64,000 nt of DNA from a virus: IMG/VR virus record IMGVR_UViG_3300042473_001368. One strand, 5' to 3'. The notes under the pieces are model-generated. The model had not been told where the DNA came from. It did not search any database and saw only the letters and a program-made list of their open reading frames with translations. Positions 17,829-26,176 of the stretch are shown piece by piece; the stretch's first letter is position 1; every line of letters starts with the position of its first letter. Position numbers and translations under genes: made by a program.

Positions 17829-18654
17829 TTACTTTTAATTCTTTTAAAAATTTAACTACATCTGCTTGTGCACTATCAGAAACGCCGTCTCGGCCAAATG
17901 GATATACACCATATTTTGATTTAAAATAATCTACTGACGAACGGATATTATCATACCACTCTTTCTGCCTTTCTGTGGTTTTGATAGATGAGCTTTCTTC
18001 TGAGCATGCCTGCTCTTCGATGTAGTCAGTTGAGTTAGCGAGGTCCGCCCACCACCAATAAGGTGTAGAGTAACCTTTCAGAGCGAGTTCGTAGCTATGC
18101 GAGACATGGTCAAACGCATTACGAAACTCTTCGTCAATTAAACCTACATCATCTAGACAAGCTTTTGTATAATAACAAAACGCTCCAACACAGTGTTGAT
18201 TTAATGCGAGAGAGAAGTCGCCATAATCTACAACCAAGCGTGGATGTGGCTTACCTTTAGAGACACCATTCCTATTGGCTGGTCCGTGATAGCCGAACAT
18301 CATGTGCTGTACGCCGCTTTTCTTTGATGCATTAATATATGCTTCAAAGATATTCGGATCTTTAATAAGCATATCGTCTTCAATTAGAAAGATGTGATCG
18401 CACCCTTTATCTAAAAGATGTTGTAATGCTTGATTCTTTGAAATAGCAACGCCAGTATTTTTTGTATGTTGTATTAGATCTACAGTATTTGAATAAATCG
18501 TAGGCGTACCAGAATAAGGCTTGCCGTCATTAACGACCACATATTCATCAATATGGTCACAGCAGATCTCAAGAGACTTCCAACATTTCCAGAAAAACTC
18601 TTCTCTATCTTTGGTTATAATACCAATACCGATTCTTTCCTTTACTTCCGACAT
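17818..18654 (-). CDS. Glycosyltransferase, GT2-like
   Basis: IGIGIIT, VVVNDG, GVAISKN, FLIEDDM, VGLIDEEF; start placed at ATG 18654 just after the upstream stop. Confidence 0.88.
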   Translation of the reverse strand: MSEVKERIGIGIITKDREEFFWKCWKSLEICCDHIDEYVVVNDGKPYSGTPTIYSNTVDLIQHTKNTGVAISKNQALQHLLDKGCDHIFLIEDDMLIKDPNIFEAYINASKKSGVQHMMFGYHGPANRNGVSKGKPHPRLVVDYGDFSLALNQHCVGAFCYYTKACLDDVGLIDEEFRNAFDHVSHSYELALKGYSTPYWWWADLANSTDYIEEQACSEESSSIKTTERQKEWYDNIRSSVDYFKSKYGVYPFGRDGVSDSAQADVVKFLKELKVNES

Positions 18655-18655
18655 A

Positions 18656-19387
18656 TTATTTAATACCGAATTTTTTCCAAAGTTCTTTCTCAGCTTGCTC
18701 TTGTTTGAGAGCTTCATTCTGAGCTTTAATTAACTGTTCAAGCTCATCAAGCTTATCTGGTGCAAAGATAGAACTCTCTTCACCGTAAAAATCGCCTTCT
18801 GGTGTTACATACTCTGCAATCATATCTACTCTACCTTGAATACTTGTAGGTAATTCGATAACAGCAGGCGAATCATTTAACGGGTAAAATATATCAGCAT
18901 CATAATTTTGACGATACTGTTCATATAATGCTGCAAAGATATTGTCAATTTCGATAATGAATTCACGATTAGTTTCTCTTACACCATCCTCTTCAATAGT
19001 AATAGAAGGGTCATATCTCAACAAGAAGATAATATCTAGCTGTCTCATTGATTCCTTTGTAATGTTAATACACTTATCAACAAATTTCTTATCAAATCCC
19101 TCAATACCTTTACCATGAGCCCATAGTGTATATGCAAGGTTATCTAGAGGACATCTATCATAGATAACTTTAGAGTCTTTAGTATGCTTCTGCATTTCAT
19201 CAACCATGAAGTTGAGAATAGACCACTGAGTATCAGTAGTTGTTTCAGCAGAATGCGCGAGGCCACCTTCTGTTATGACCTCGCGATATGTTTTTTCAGG
19301 AGTTTTATACTTGTCCCATACAGCAAGAAAATTCTTTAGTAAGGTTGATTTTCCACTGTTGGCTGTGCCAGATATAGCAATTCTCAT
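18656..19387 (-). CDS. P-loop NTPase, AAA_28/nucleotide kinase-like
   Basis: IAISGTANSGKSTL Walker A; YDRCPLDNLAY; LDIIFLL. Confidence 0.8.
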   Translation of the reverse strand: MRIAISGTANSGKSTLLKNFLAVWDKYKTPEKTYREVITEGGLAHSAETTTDTQWSILNFMVDEMQKHTKDSKVIYDRCPLDNLAYTLWAHGKGIEGFDKKFVDKCINITKESMRQLDIIFLLRYDPSITIEEDGVRETNREFIIEIDNIFAALYEQYRQNYDADIFYPLNDSPAVIELPTSIQGRVDMIAEYVTPEGDFYGEESSIFAPDKLDELEQLIKAQNEALKQEQAEKELWKKFGIK

Positions 19388-19393
19388 ATACTA

Positions 19394-19421
19394 TATATAC
19401 ACTACATTATGTATTTTTCAA
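19394..19421 (-). promoter_or_regulatory. Early promoter TTGAAA-N16-TATATA, 6 nt before ATG
   Basis: Read directly upstream of ATG 19387. Confidence 0.6.
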
Positions 19422-20009
19422 GAAGGCAGACCACTCTTCTTTATAAACATCGTAAATCATACCGTTTTGCGGCTTGTACGGTTTATATCGAAGTTTGAGA
19501 CCTGCTTCTTCTGGCGACATACTACCCTTCATAGAGTTAAGACCACGGTCGCAACAAGCGAGATTCTCCCATGTATCCTTACCGCCTTTACTACGAGGTA
19601 CAACATGATCAATGCTTAGTTCGTGCTTAGCAAGCTTTTTGCCAGTGTAGATGCATGTAAAGTTATCACGCTTATAGATATTATGTTTGGTAGGAAACTG
19701 AATACGTGCATAGATAATTTTACTATAGTTAGCGCATACAACTACCTGAGGTACACGTACAGGTCCTCTTGCTGTCTGAAGGTATTCGTCATACGACCTG
19801 ATAGGTAGCTTGAGCCACTCATCAGGTCCATGAACTGCAGAAAAATATTCAATCGATTCGAAGTCAATATCTCCATCATCGTTTGTTTCATACGAAATAT
19901 CGAGAGGAGTTACTGAGCCAGAAAAGATATTACCGAAAGTTTTTTCTATACCTTCTACACCGATAGGGAAGTAGAATTTATTTAATACAAGAATTTTATG
20001 TGATTTCAC
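19407..20009 (-). CDS. HNH endonuclease (McrA-like)
   Basis: IYKRDNFTCIYTG, SIDHVVPRSKGG, WENLACC, LNSMKG. Confidence 0.92.
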   Translation of the reverse strand: MKSHKILVLNKFYFPIGVEGIEKTFGNIFSGSVTPLDISYETNDDGDIDFESIEYFSAVHGPDEWLKLPIRSYDEYLQTARGPVRVPQVVVCANYSKIIYARIQFPTKHNIYKRDNFTCIYTGKKLAKHELSIDHVVPRSKGGKDTWENLACCDRGLNSMKGSMSPEEAGLKLRYKPYKPQNGMIYDVYKEEWSAFLKNT

Positions 20010-20031
20010 AACATGATTGTATTAGGGTTCA

Positions 20032-20385
20032 TTATGTTTGTTGCAGTCTATAGAGTAGGTGATTGAATTCACCTTCAATTTCATCAACAATGTTTTTAAG
20101 ATCGCCATATTCACTGACAAGTTGACCTAGATATTCTAGAACACTATCTCTCATTGCAGTATAACGTGCAATTGTATCATTAGTGTATGAGTCTGACTTA
20201 ATAGTATATATTTTCTGTTCAGTGTCAATAGCAAATCTACCATAGTAGATTTCAACAAACTTATCAAACAACCCATCAAATGCTTCATATGCAGTACCTA
20301 GAGCTTTATGCTCTGCATATGATTTTGTCTGCCAATGATCAATTTTTAGTTGGTTAAGTACGGTAAAAACAACGCTTAGTTTCAT
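20032..20385 (-). CDS. Ferritin-like four-helix protein (DUF5856-like)
   Basis: HWQTKSYAEHKALG and DKFVEIYYG motifs. Confidence 0.75.
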   Translation of the reverse strand: MKLSVVFTVLNQLKIDHWQTKSYAEHKALGTAYEAFDGLFDKFVEIYYGRFAIDTEQKIYTIKSDSYTNDTIARYTAMRDSVLEYLGQLVSEYGDLKNIVDEIEGEFNHLLYRLQQT

Positions 20386-20403
20386 ATAATATAGTAGTTT
20401 GAA

Positions 20404-21162
20404 TTAGACTTTAAGTGCTTTATCCCACAGAAGTAGGTGCAATCTTGGAGAGAAGTTAACATTAAGAGCTTTTGCATATTCAGCAACTGCAGGAGCTTTT
20501 TCGATATGTTCAGTTCGCGAACCACAGCATGGCATAAACCAAATACGATTCAAAGGACAGTTAATACCATTCTTGTCATTGACATATTTACGCCAAATCT
20601 CATCAAGATCTTCAGAGGTATTGATTACGAATTTAAATCCTGAGAAGTGATCGACATGCCACTTAAGTACTTCAGGCTTGTATGTCTTATCTTCAGGGTC
20701 TCCATTAGAAGTAAGCTTAGGAGATGTAGTAAATGTTGCCTCCCAACGATTAACCCATTCTTCATCAGGCATAATAGTCGCATTCGTTTCAAAATCGATA
20801 CGCGGAACAAATTCGTATCTTTCAGAGAAAGCCTGAACAAACTTCAAGAGCTGCTTTTGCGAAATTAAAGGTTCGCCGCCAGTTAATTTAAGAATTGCAT
20901 TAGCCTTTAGCTTCTCGATAAGGTTTTGCTTCTCATAAAGTTCAAAGATTTCATTGAATGTCATCTTATTCTTTATAGACCAAGAGATAAACGAGTCGCA
21001 GCCATGAGGTGAGTCAGCGCTCGCAAAATTTTTGCATGTAAGATTACACATAGACATTCTCATGAATACCGAAGGTTGACCTACATATTCACCCTCTCCC
21101 TCAATCGTGAAAAATACTAAATCATCACTCAAAAATAAAGTTTCTTTATCGCAATTAATCAT
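20404..21162 (-). CDS. queE: 7-carboxy-7-deazaguanine synthase (radical SAM)
   Basis: TIEGEGEYVGQPSVFMR, CNLTC-x11-CDS, LTGGEPL, FETNAT, SPKL, FSPRLHLLLW; start placed at ATG 21162 under an early promoter. Confidence 0.93.
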   Translation of the reverse strand: MINCDKETLFLSDDLVFFTIEGEGEYVGQPSVFMRMSMCNLTCKNFASADSPHGCDSFISWSIKNKMTFNEIFELYEKQNLIEKLKANAILKLTGGEPLISQKQLLKFVQAFSERYEFVPRIDFETNATIMPDEEWVNRWEATFTTSPKLTSNGDPEDKTYKPEVLKWHVDHFSGFKFVINTSEDLDEIWRKYVNDKNGINCPLNRIWFMPCCGSRTEHIEKAPAVAEYAKALNVNFSPRLHLLLWDKALKV

Positions 21163-21169
21163 ATAATTA

Positions 21170-21197
21170 ATGTTATAATAACTTTTAAAGAAATCAA
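21170..21197 (-). promoter_or_regulatory. Early promoter TTGATT-N16-TAACAT, 7 nt before the queE ATG
   Basis: Read directly. Confidence 0.65.
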
Positions 21198-21225
21198 CAA
21201 AATTATATAAAACCATTACACGTTA

Positions 21226-21233
21226 CATAAATA
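21226..21233 (+). promoter_or_regulatory. Late promoter CATAAATA driving the endonuclease gene
   Basis: 5 nt upstream of ATG 21239. Confidence 0.75.
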
Positions 21234-21238
21234 TTAAT

Positions 21239-21892
21239 ATGACATCAGACGGATTTGTATATCTTTGGTATGATAGAGATAGTAAAATGTTCTATTTAGG
21301 GTCGCATAAGGGACGCGAAGACGATGGTTATGTCTGCTCGTCAAAGCATATGCTTAAGGAGTACAAGGCTAGGCCAGAGAGCTTTAAGCGTAGAATTTTA
21401 GAGCGATGTGATGAGGCAGATATATTAAAGACAGAACAAAAGTGGTTAGATTTAATAAAGTCTAATGAATTATATTATAAGAGAGGTGTTTATTATAATG
21501 TAAAAAAGCACGCAGCTGGTGGCGATACAACAAAATACCATAAAAATCGCGACGAAATTATACGTAAGAGGTATGGCAAAAAGCATAGTGAGTCTATTAA
21601 AGCTGCTATAAAGAAACGTACACCAGAAGCTACTTTACTTCATCAACAACGTAGGAGTAAGAGTTTAAGGACTACATACTTAAATGGATTTACGTTTTAT
21701 CAATCAAAACCTATTACTGTTTTCTGTAACGGTATTATTTTTAATACATACTCTTCAATACTTGAAGCAGCGAGAGAGATACAATGCGATTATTCAACCT
21801 TCTTGAAACGAGTTAATTTAGGTATATGGATAGTTAAGCAAAAGCGAAAGCATCCTTTTAACGTAGGTGACATCATTACCTTTATCAACTAG
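21239..21892 (+). mobile_element. Free-standing GIY-YIG homing endonuclease (Seg-like) with NUMOD1-like C-terminus
   Basis: FVYLWYD...FYLGSH, EQKWL, YYN; C-terminal SILEAARE helix-turn-helix; oriented opposite to its neighbours. Confidence 0.8.
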
Positions 21893-22139
21893 ACTTTTTC
21901 TTCCAGTTAACTCTTTTAGAGCTCTTCTTTTTATACATCTTACCTTTAATATTCTTACACTGCGCTTTTGTAGGTCTACAAGCAGGGTAAGAGCCTTTAG
22001 ATGTATTTTTTCTACCGCATGGACCACCTGTCTTGCAGTTAATCCAACCTTTGAATTTTTTACCTTTCTTATCTACATGTGGCTGAAACCAATCTCGTAG
22101 ATTCTCTAGTAATTGTCGTTGTGATACAGGTTCGTCCAT
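21885..22139 (-). CDS. Small basic Cys-containing late protein
   Basis: LRDWF, WINCKTGGPCGR, YPACRP; TAATG-coupled to the upstream gene. Confidence 0.7.
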   Translation of the reverse strand: MDEPVSQRQLLENLRDWFQPHVDKKGKKFKGWINCKTGGPCGRKNTSKGSYPACRPTKAQCKNIKGKMYKKKSSKRVNWKKKSS

Positions 22140-22441
22140 TACTTTATTTTACCTCCACGGTTGACACATTTCTGTACATAGCCTGACGCATACGCACTTG
22201 GCCATACATCGTACTTTGCCTTCGCTTTTGACTGACACTTAGAACGTAACTTACTCTTCTTCTTTGGTTTATTCTTTTCTAAGATGATCTCAACAGCTTC
22301 ATTAAAAGTCAATTCTTCATCTTCGACATTAGCATATAATGCTTTGAGATGTTTTTCTGCCTTCTCAACTGTATCTGAACAACCTACGTTCTTGCCAGTA
22401 TCTTTCTTGTAAACGCATTTCCCTTTTCTTTCGTAAGGCAT
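22139..22441 (-). CDS. Small basic Cys-containing late protein
   Basis: KCQSKAKAKYDVWPSAYASGYVQKC; start placed at ATG 22441, 5 nt after CATAAATA. Confidence 0.7.
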   Translation of the reverse strand: MPYERKGKCVYKKDTGKNVGCSDTVEKAEKHLKALYANVEDEELTFNEAVEIILEKNKPKKKSKLRSKCQSKAKAKYDVWPSAYASGYVQKCVNRGGKIK

Positions 22442-22446
22442 GTTAA

Positions 22447-22468
22447 TATTTATGATTCTGACTAAATA
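22447..22468. promoter_or_regulatory. Back-to-back late promoters (CATAAATA minus 22447-22454; ACTAAATA plus 22461-22468)
   Basis: Divergent TAAATA cores upstream of ATG 22441 and the phoH ATG. Confidence 0.65.
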
Positions 22469-22481
22469 ATAATACAACAAT

Positions 22482-23231
22482 ATGGCTACTAAAGTAACGC
22501 GTAAGCGTAAATCGATGGTGGTAGATACTGAGATTCAAGAATCTCTCCAAGCTAATTGGACTCTATCAAGCTTTAAGGTCAAAAAGCCGTTTCACTTCAA
22601 TGAGAAACACAAAGCAGTCTATGACTGCATTAAGCATGATGATACAAACATGGTAATTGTAGACGGTCCTGCTGGATCAGCAAAGAGTTACTTAGGTGTA
22701 TTAGCTGCTTTAGAATTGCTACAAGAACGAAAAGCAAAATCTATAACATATATACGTTCTGTAGTAGAGTCAGCATCAAGATCTATTGGTGCATTACCTG
22801 GTGAGTTGGACGATAAATTCATGCCTTACTCTATGCCTCTTATTGAGAAAGTAAAAGAGATTACAGATGATACAACATGTGCTTACCTACAATCACTCGG
22901 TGTGCTAAAAGCTATACCAGTTAACTTTGTTAGAGGTCTGACATTTAACGATTCTGTTGTTATTGTTGATGAAATTCAAAACTTAACAATGAGCGAGATG
23001 ACAACTATTCTTACGCGCTTTGGTAAGAATACAAAGTATATCTTATGCGGCGATTCGTTCCAAGCAGACATTGGCAAATCAACATGTATTACACGTATTC
23101 TAGATGCATTTGATACTCAACAATCTGCAGATATGAATATTCATTGCTTTAAGTTTGGTGAGTCTGAGATTGTACGTAGTAAGATCCTTAAGTATATTGT
23201 TAAGGTTCTTGAGCGTGTAAATCCTCATTAA
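22482..23231 (+). CDS. phoH: PhoH-family ATPase
   Basis: GPAGSAKS, RSVVES, GALPGELDDK, FVRGLTF, DEIQN, ILTRFG, GDSFQAD. Confidence 0.95.
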   Translation: MATKVTRKRKSMVVDTEIQESLQANWTLSSFKVKKPFHFNEKHKAVYDCIKHDDTNMVIVDGPAGSAKSYLGVLAALELLQERKAKSITYIRSVVESASRSIGALPGELDDKFMPYSMPLIEKVKEITDDTTCAYLQSLGVLKAIPVNFVRGLTFNDSVVIVDEIQNLTMSEMTTILTRFGKNTKYILCGDSFQADIGKSTCITRILDAFDTQQSADMNIHCFKFGESEIVRSKILKYIVKVLERVNPH

Positions 23232-23232
23232 T

Positions 23233-23270
23233 AAAAAAAGGCCGTGGATTTGATCCACGGCCTTTAATTT
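23233..23270. terminator. Bidirectional terminator between phoH and queD
   Basis: AAAGGCCGTGGAT-TTG-ATCCACGGCCTTT with an A run on the left and T-rich sequence on the right. Confidence 0.9.
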
Positions 23271-23281
23271 TATCAGTAATA

Positions 23282-23878
23282 TTACCCCCAGGTTGTACCT
23301 GAGAACCAGTTACCCTTTCCAGGTGTAACATTTGATCCAACATTAGCACCTAGTTTTGCTGGAGGTGATGGTGGAGAATAGTTGACTGTAATAGTCTCTT
23401 GTGGTGCTGCAGGCATCTCAAGTTCTGCACTTGCTTTGGAAGGTGTGTAAATCGCAGAATTATCTACGTGTTCGAAGCATTCTACCTTCTCTACCCAGCA
23501 GCGATCACCTGCAATTTCTTTGATATGCTCACTAGCAATTCGATATACTTCTTCAGCGACTCGTTCAATACCTACACCCTTTTCGAAAACTCTTAATTGA
23601 ATAATACCTTTACGATCTAACTCTATGAATGTCTCGAGCTCTGGATCATCAGCAGCAATACAAGTGGTATGATCAAAAACATATTGTAGCTTCGCTTTTA
23701 GCTCTTTCAGGCCTCCGAAGTCGATAATCCAATTTTTATCGTCGAGTTCAGATCCCCCAAACCAGAGTTTTGCAATAAGCTGATATCCATGGAGAAAATG
23801 GCAGTGACTATGATGTGCTCTCCATTGTCTAAACGCACAAGACCCTAATTCAATTACCTTTGTTGATTGGTAGTTCAT
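23282..23878 (-). CDS. queD: 6-carboxy-5,6,7,8-tetrahydropterin synthase with C-terminal extension
   Basis: HSHCHFLHGY, WIIDFGGLKELK, FDHT, VECFEH. Confidence 0.92.
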   Translation of the reverse strand: MNYQSTKVIELGSCAFRQWRAHHSHCHFLHGYQLIAKLWFGGSELDDKNWIIDFGGLKELKAKLQYVFDHTTCIAADDPELETFIELDRKGIIQLRVFEKGVGIERVAEEVYRIASEHIKEIAGDRCWVEKVECFEHVDNSAIYTPSKASAELEMPAAPQETITVNYSPPSPPAKLGANVGSNVTPGKGNWFSGTTWG

Positions 23879-24752
23879 ATCTAAGATTATATGAACTTTC
23901 TAGCAATTGCAACTGAGTAGGTTTATTACTTTTACTAGTATTTACCGCTGCTACGCTTTCTGCGAAGATTCTTTGTTTTATAAATATTTTTCTTATACTT
24001 TCCCTCTCTGGCTCTGTCACTTGAGTCGTTGGACTCCTCCTGAGGAATGCTTTTAGCATATCTTCTACACCTATATAATCAGTACCAGATGCGCTGGCAC
24101 CAAATTCTCTCGCTAAAGCGATACGACGTGGTTTTGTTAAAGCACTACCTGCTGCATCTTCAATCCATGCAGCTAGATCAGAAACAGATATATTGCTCGG
24201 ATTAGGCCAATCTGCATCTGCAAATTCTTCACCCCAGCTAACTTTTTCACGTTGTTTTTTATCTTTTGTACCTTTATTTATAATCCTATTCGAGCTATCT
24301 CTAATTTCGAGTGTATAATCACCACTAGATCCTTTTTTCGTGCGTGTAAGAATAGCTGTATATTGTTCAGCCTCTCCTTTTTTAGATGGGTCTGTACTAC
24401 CTTCGCCACCTTCTAATTCACCGGGAGCGTTTGGTACATTTACACCTCTTATACGTTTAGCGGTAAATTCTATAGCTACACGGCTATTACCAGCACTATC
24501 ACCTTGAAGTTTCTTTTCCTTACCAATCTTAACAGTATTTAAATTAAATGTATTATAATATTCTGTTTTAAGTGCATCTTTTAATACTTGTTTTGGCTGC
24601 TGCCCTCTAAATGCAGAAGCCATATCTGAAAAAGGCTGTAAGTCGCTCTTAATAGCTTGACCAAGCTTAGATGTCATAAAAGCTCTTGCAGCACCTCTTA
24701 CAATATCACCAAAACCTTCTTCTACTAACTGTCTTTGAGATTCTTTTCTCAT
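23850..24752 (-). CDS. Hypothetical late protein (candidate internal head protein)
   Basis: 300 aa; CATAAATA 5 nt upstream; N-terminal RQLVEE and C-terminal QLQLLES. Confidence 0.6.
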   Translation of the reverse strand: MRKESQRQLVEEGFGDIVRGAARAFMTSKLGQAIKSDLQPFSDMASAFRGQQPKQVLKDALKTEYYNTFNLNTVKIGKEKKLQGDSAGNSRVAIEFTAKRIRGVNVPNAPGELEGGEGSTDPSKKGEAEQYTAILTRTKKGSSGDYTLEIRDSSNRIINKGTKDKKQREKVSWGEEFADADWPNPSNISVSDLAAWIEDAAGSALTKPRRIALAREFGASASGTDYIGVEDMLKAFLRRSPTTQVTEPERESIRKIFIKQRIFAESVAAVNTSKSNKPTQLQLLESSYNLRYELPINKGN

Positions 24753-24757
24753 ACTGT

Positions 24758-24793
24758 TATTTATGTTGATTTATAGAAATAAAGCACTATAAT
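24758..24793. promoter_or_regulatory. Divergent late (CATAAATA, minus, 24758-24765) and early (TTGATT-N16-TATAAT, plus, 24766-24793) promoters
   Basis: Read directly; 5 nt to ATG 24752 and 8 nt to the folE ATG. Confidence 0.8.
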
Positions 24794-24801
24794 AAATTGA
24801 A

Positions 24802-25470
24802 ATGGAAGATCATGATCACGATGAAGCCGGCGAAATTGTTATGCTACCAAAAGCAAATGGTAACAAGCCGCGAACAGATAAAGAAAAGCAAACTATTATT
24901 AAACGTGCAGCAAAAGCATATGAAAAATATCTTGATGCATTAGGTTTTGATTGGCGGAATGATCCTAATTCCTCTAATACTCCTATGCGAGTTGCAAAGG
25001 CTTTTGTAAATGATATTGCAGTTGGTTGTTATACTGAACCTCCTACTGTTACTGCATTTCCATCTGATGGATATGATGGCATTATTGCTCAATGTAATAT
25101 TCCTGTTAAATCTCTTTGCTCTCACCATCACCTTGCTTTTACTGGTGTCGCTCATGTAGCTTACATTCCATCATCTGATGGTAAAGTTATTGGTCTAAGC
25201 AAGCTTAACCGTATTGTAGAGTTTTACGCTCGTCGACCTCAAATCCAAGAGTCGATGACAAGACAAATAGCGACAGCTATAGATACAGTATGTGAAGGTA
25301 ATCAAGGTGTAGCAGTAGTAATCAAAGCTCAGCATACTTGTGCCTGCTTGCGAGGCGTTAAGCATGAAGGATGTTATATGGTAACTAGCAAGCTGTCAGG
25401 AGATTTTATGGATGATGATAAAACTCGTAGCGAGTTCTACAAGTTTATCGATATGTCATCGCCCTCGTAA
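24802..25470 (+). CDS. folE: GTP cyclohydrolase I
   Basis: [58 protein letters not shown]. Confidence 0.97.
   Translation: MEDHDHDEAGEIVMLPKANGNKPRTDKEKQTIIKRAAKAYEKYLDALGFDWRNDPNSSNTPMRVAKAFVNDIAVGCYTEPPTVTAFPSDGYDGIIAQCNIPVKSLCSHHHLAFTGVAHVAYIPSSDGKVIGLSKLNRIVEFYARRPQIQESMTRQIATAIDTVCEGNQGVAVVIKAQHTCACLRGVKHEGCYMVTSKLSGDFMDDDKTRSEFYKFIDMSSPS
25417..25457 (+). repeat. Direct repeat copy 1 (folE 3' end)
   Basis: GATAAAACTCGTAGCGAGTTCTACAAGTTTATCGATATGTC; 39/41 identical to 26129-26169. Confidence 0.95.
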
Positions 25471-25484
25471 AATTAATATTAATA

Positions 25485-26084
25485 CTAGCCTGGATGGTCA
25501 GCTAGCAATCGTTTTAGAGTTGGTGCGCAAATCACGTACTTCTTTGAAACCTTGCTAGCTGACATCCCTGTTTTTATATCATGCAGAATCTCATCCCAAT
25601 TTTCAGGTCTAGGTACTGTATATCCCTGTCTTCTTAATTTGATACCTCTATCAAGCAAGTATTTACGTATAGTACATTCATGTACGTTATACATTACTCC
25701 AATTTCCTTTAAGGTGCGTCCGCTCTCGTAAGCTTTAATCATAGAGATTATATCTTTTTCGCGGTATTTTTGATAACTACCTGTTTCCGTGCCATTTTTT
25801 CTGAAGTTGAACAGAGTTCCTCCTTCTTCTAAAATCCCGTATTCCTTAATAAGCTTTGTCTCTAGTTCTAAGGCTTCGGATTCTGATAAATTGCTCGCAA
25901 CAATTTGAATTATATCAGTATTTAAATATCCTTGCTGTAATAATTTGTTTCTTTTATTCTCGCATCTACCTGCGTGATGTTTATTAAACGCTCTATTATA
26001 GCATTTTGCATATTTACCCTTGCCTACATAGAAAACTTCTTGCGTTTTTGGATTGACCCATTTATAGATATAGTACATCTTCAT
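25485..26084 (-). mobile_element. Free-standing GIY-YIG endonuclease with two C-terminal HTH repeats
   Basis: YYIYKW...FYVGKG...R...H, ESEALELETKLI, LFN; two HTH units; TATAAATA at 26090-26097; flanked by the duplicated folE end. Confidence 0.82.
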
Positions 26085-26089
26085 ACTAT

Positions 26090-26097
26090 TATTTATA
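26090..26097 (-). promoter_or_regulatory. T4 late promoter TATAAATA
   Basis: Exact consensus 5 nt upstream of ATG 26084. Confidence 0.85.
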
Positions 26098-26113
26098 AAG
26101 CCTTCTTGTTTTT

Positions 26114-26176
26114 TCAGGAAGTTTTAACGATAAGACTCGTAGCGAGTTCTACAAGTTTATTGATATGTCGAGTTAA
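26114..26176 (+). pseudogene. folE: Orphan second copy of the folE 3' end ([20 protein letters not shown]-stop)
   Basis: In-frame 20-codon relic matching the folE end [24 protein letters not shown]; includes repeat copy 2 (26129-26169). Confidence 0.85.

Noticed and set aside
18657-18664. ATTAAATA as a late promoter for the GT at 18654
   Set aside because: Only 2 nt from the ATG and formed by the upstream ATT-AAA-TAA codons.
25417-26169. Group I intron in folE
   Set aside because: folE is complete with its own stop before the element, the endonuclease is antisense, and no intron core was recognised; a duplication explains it better. RT-PCR would settle it.
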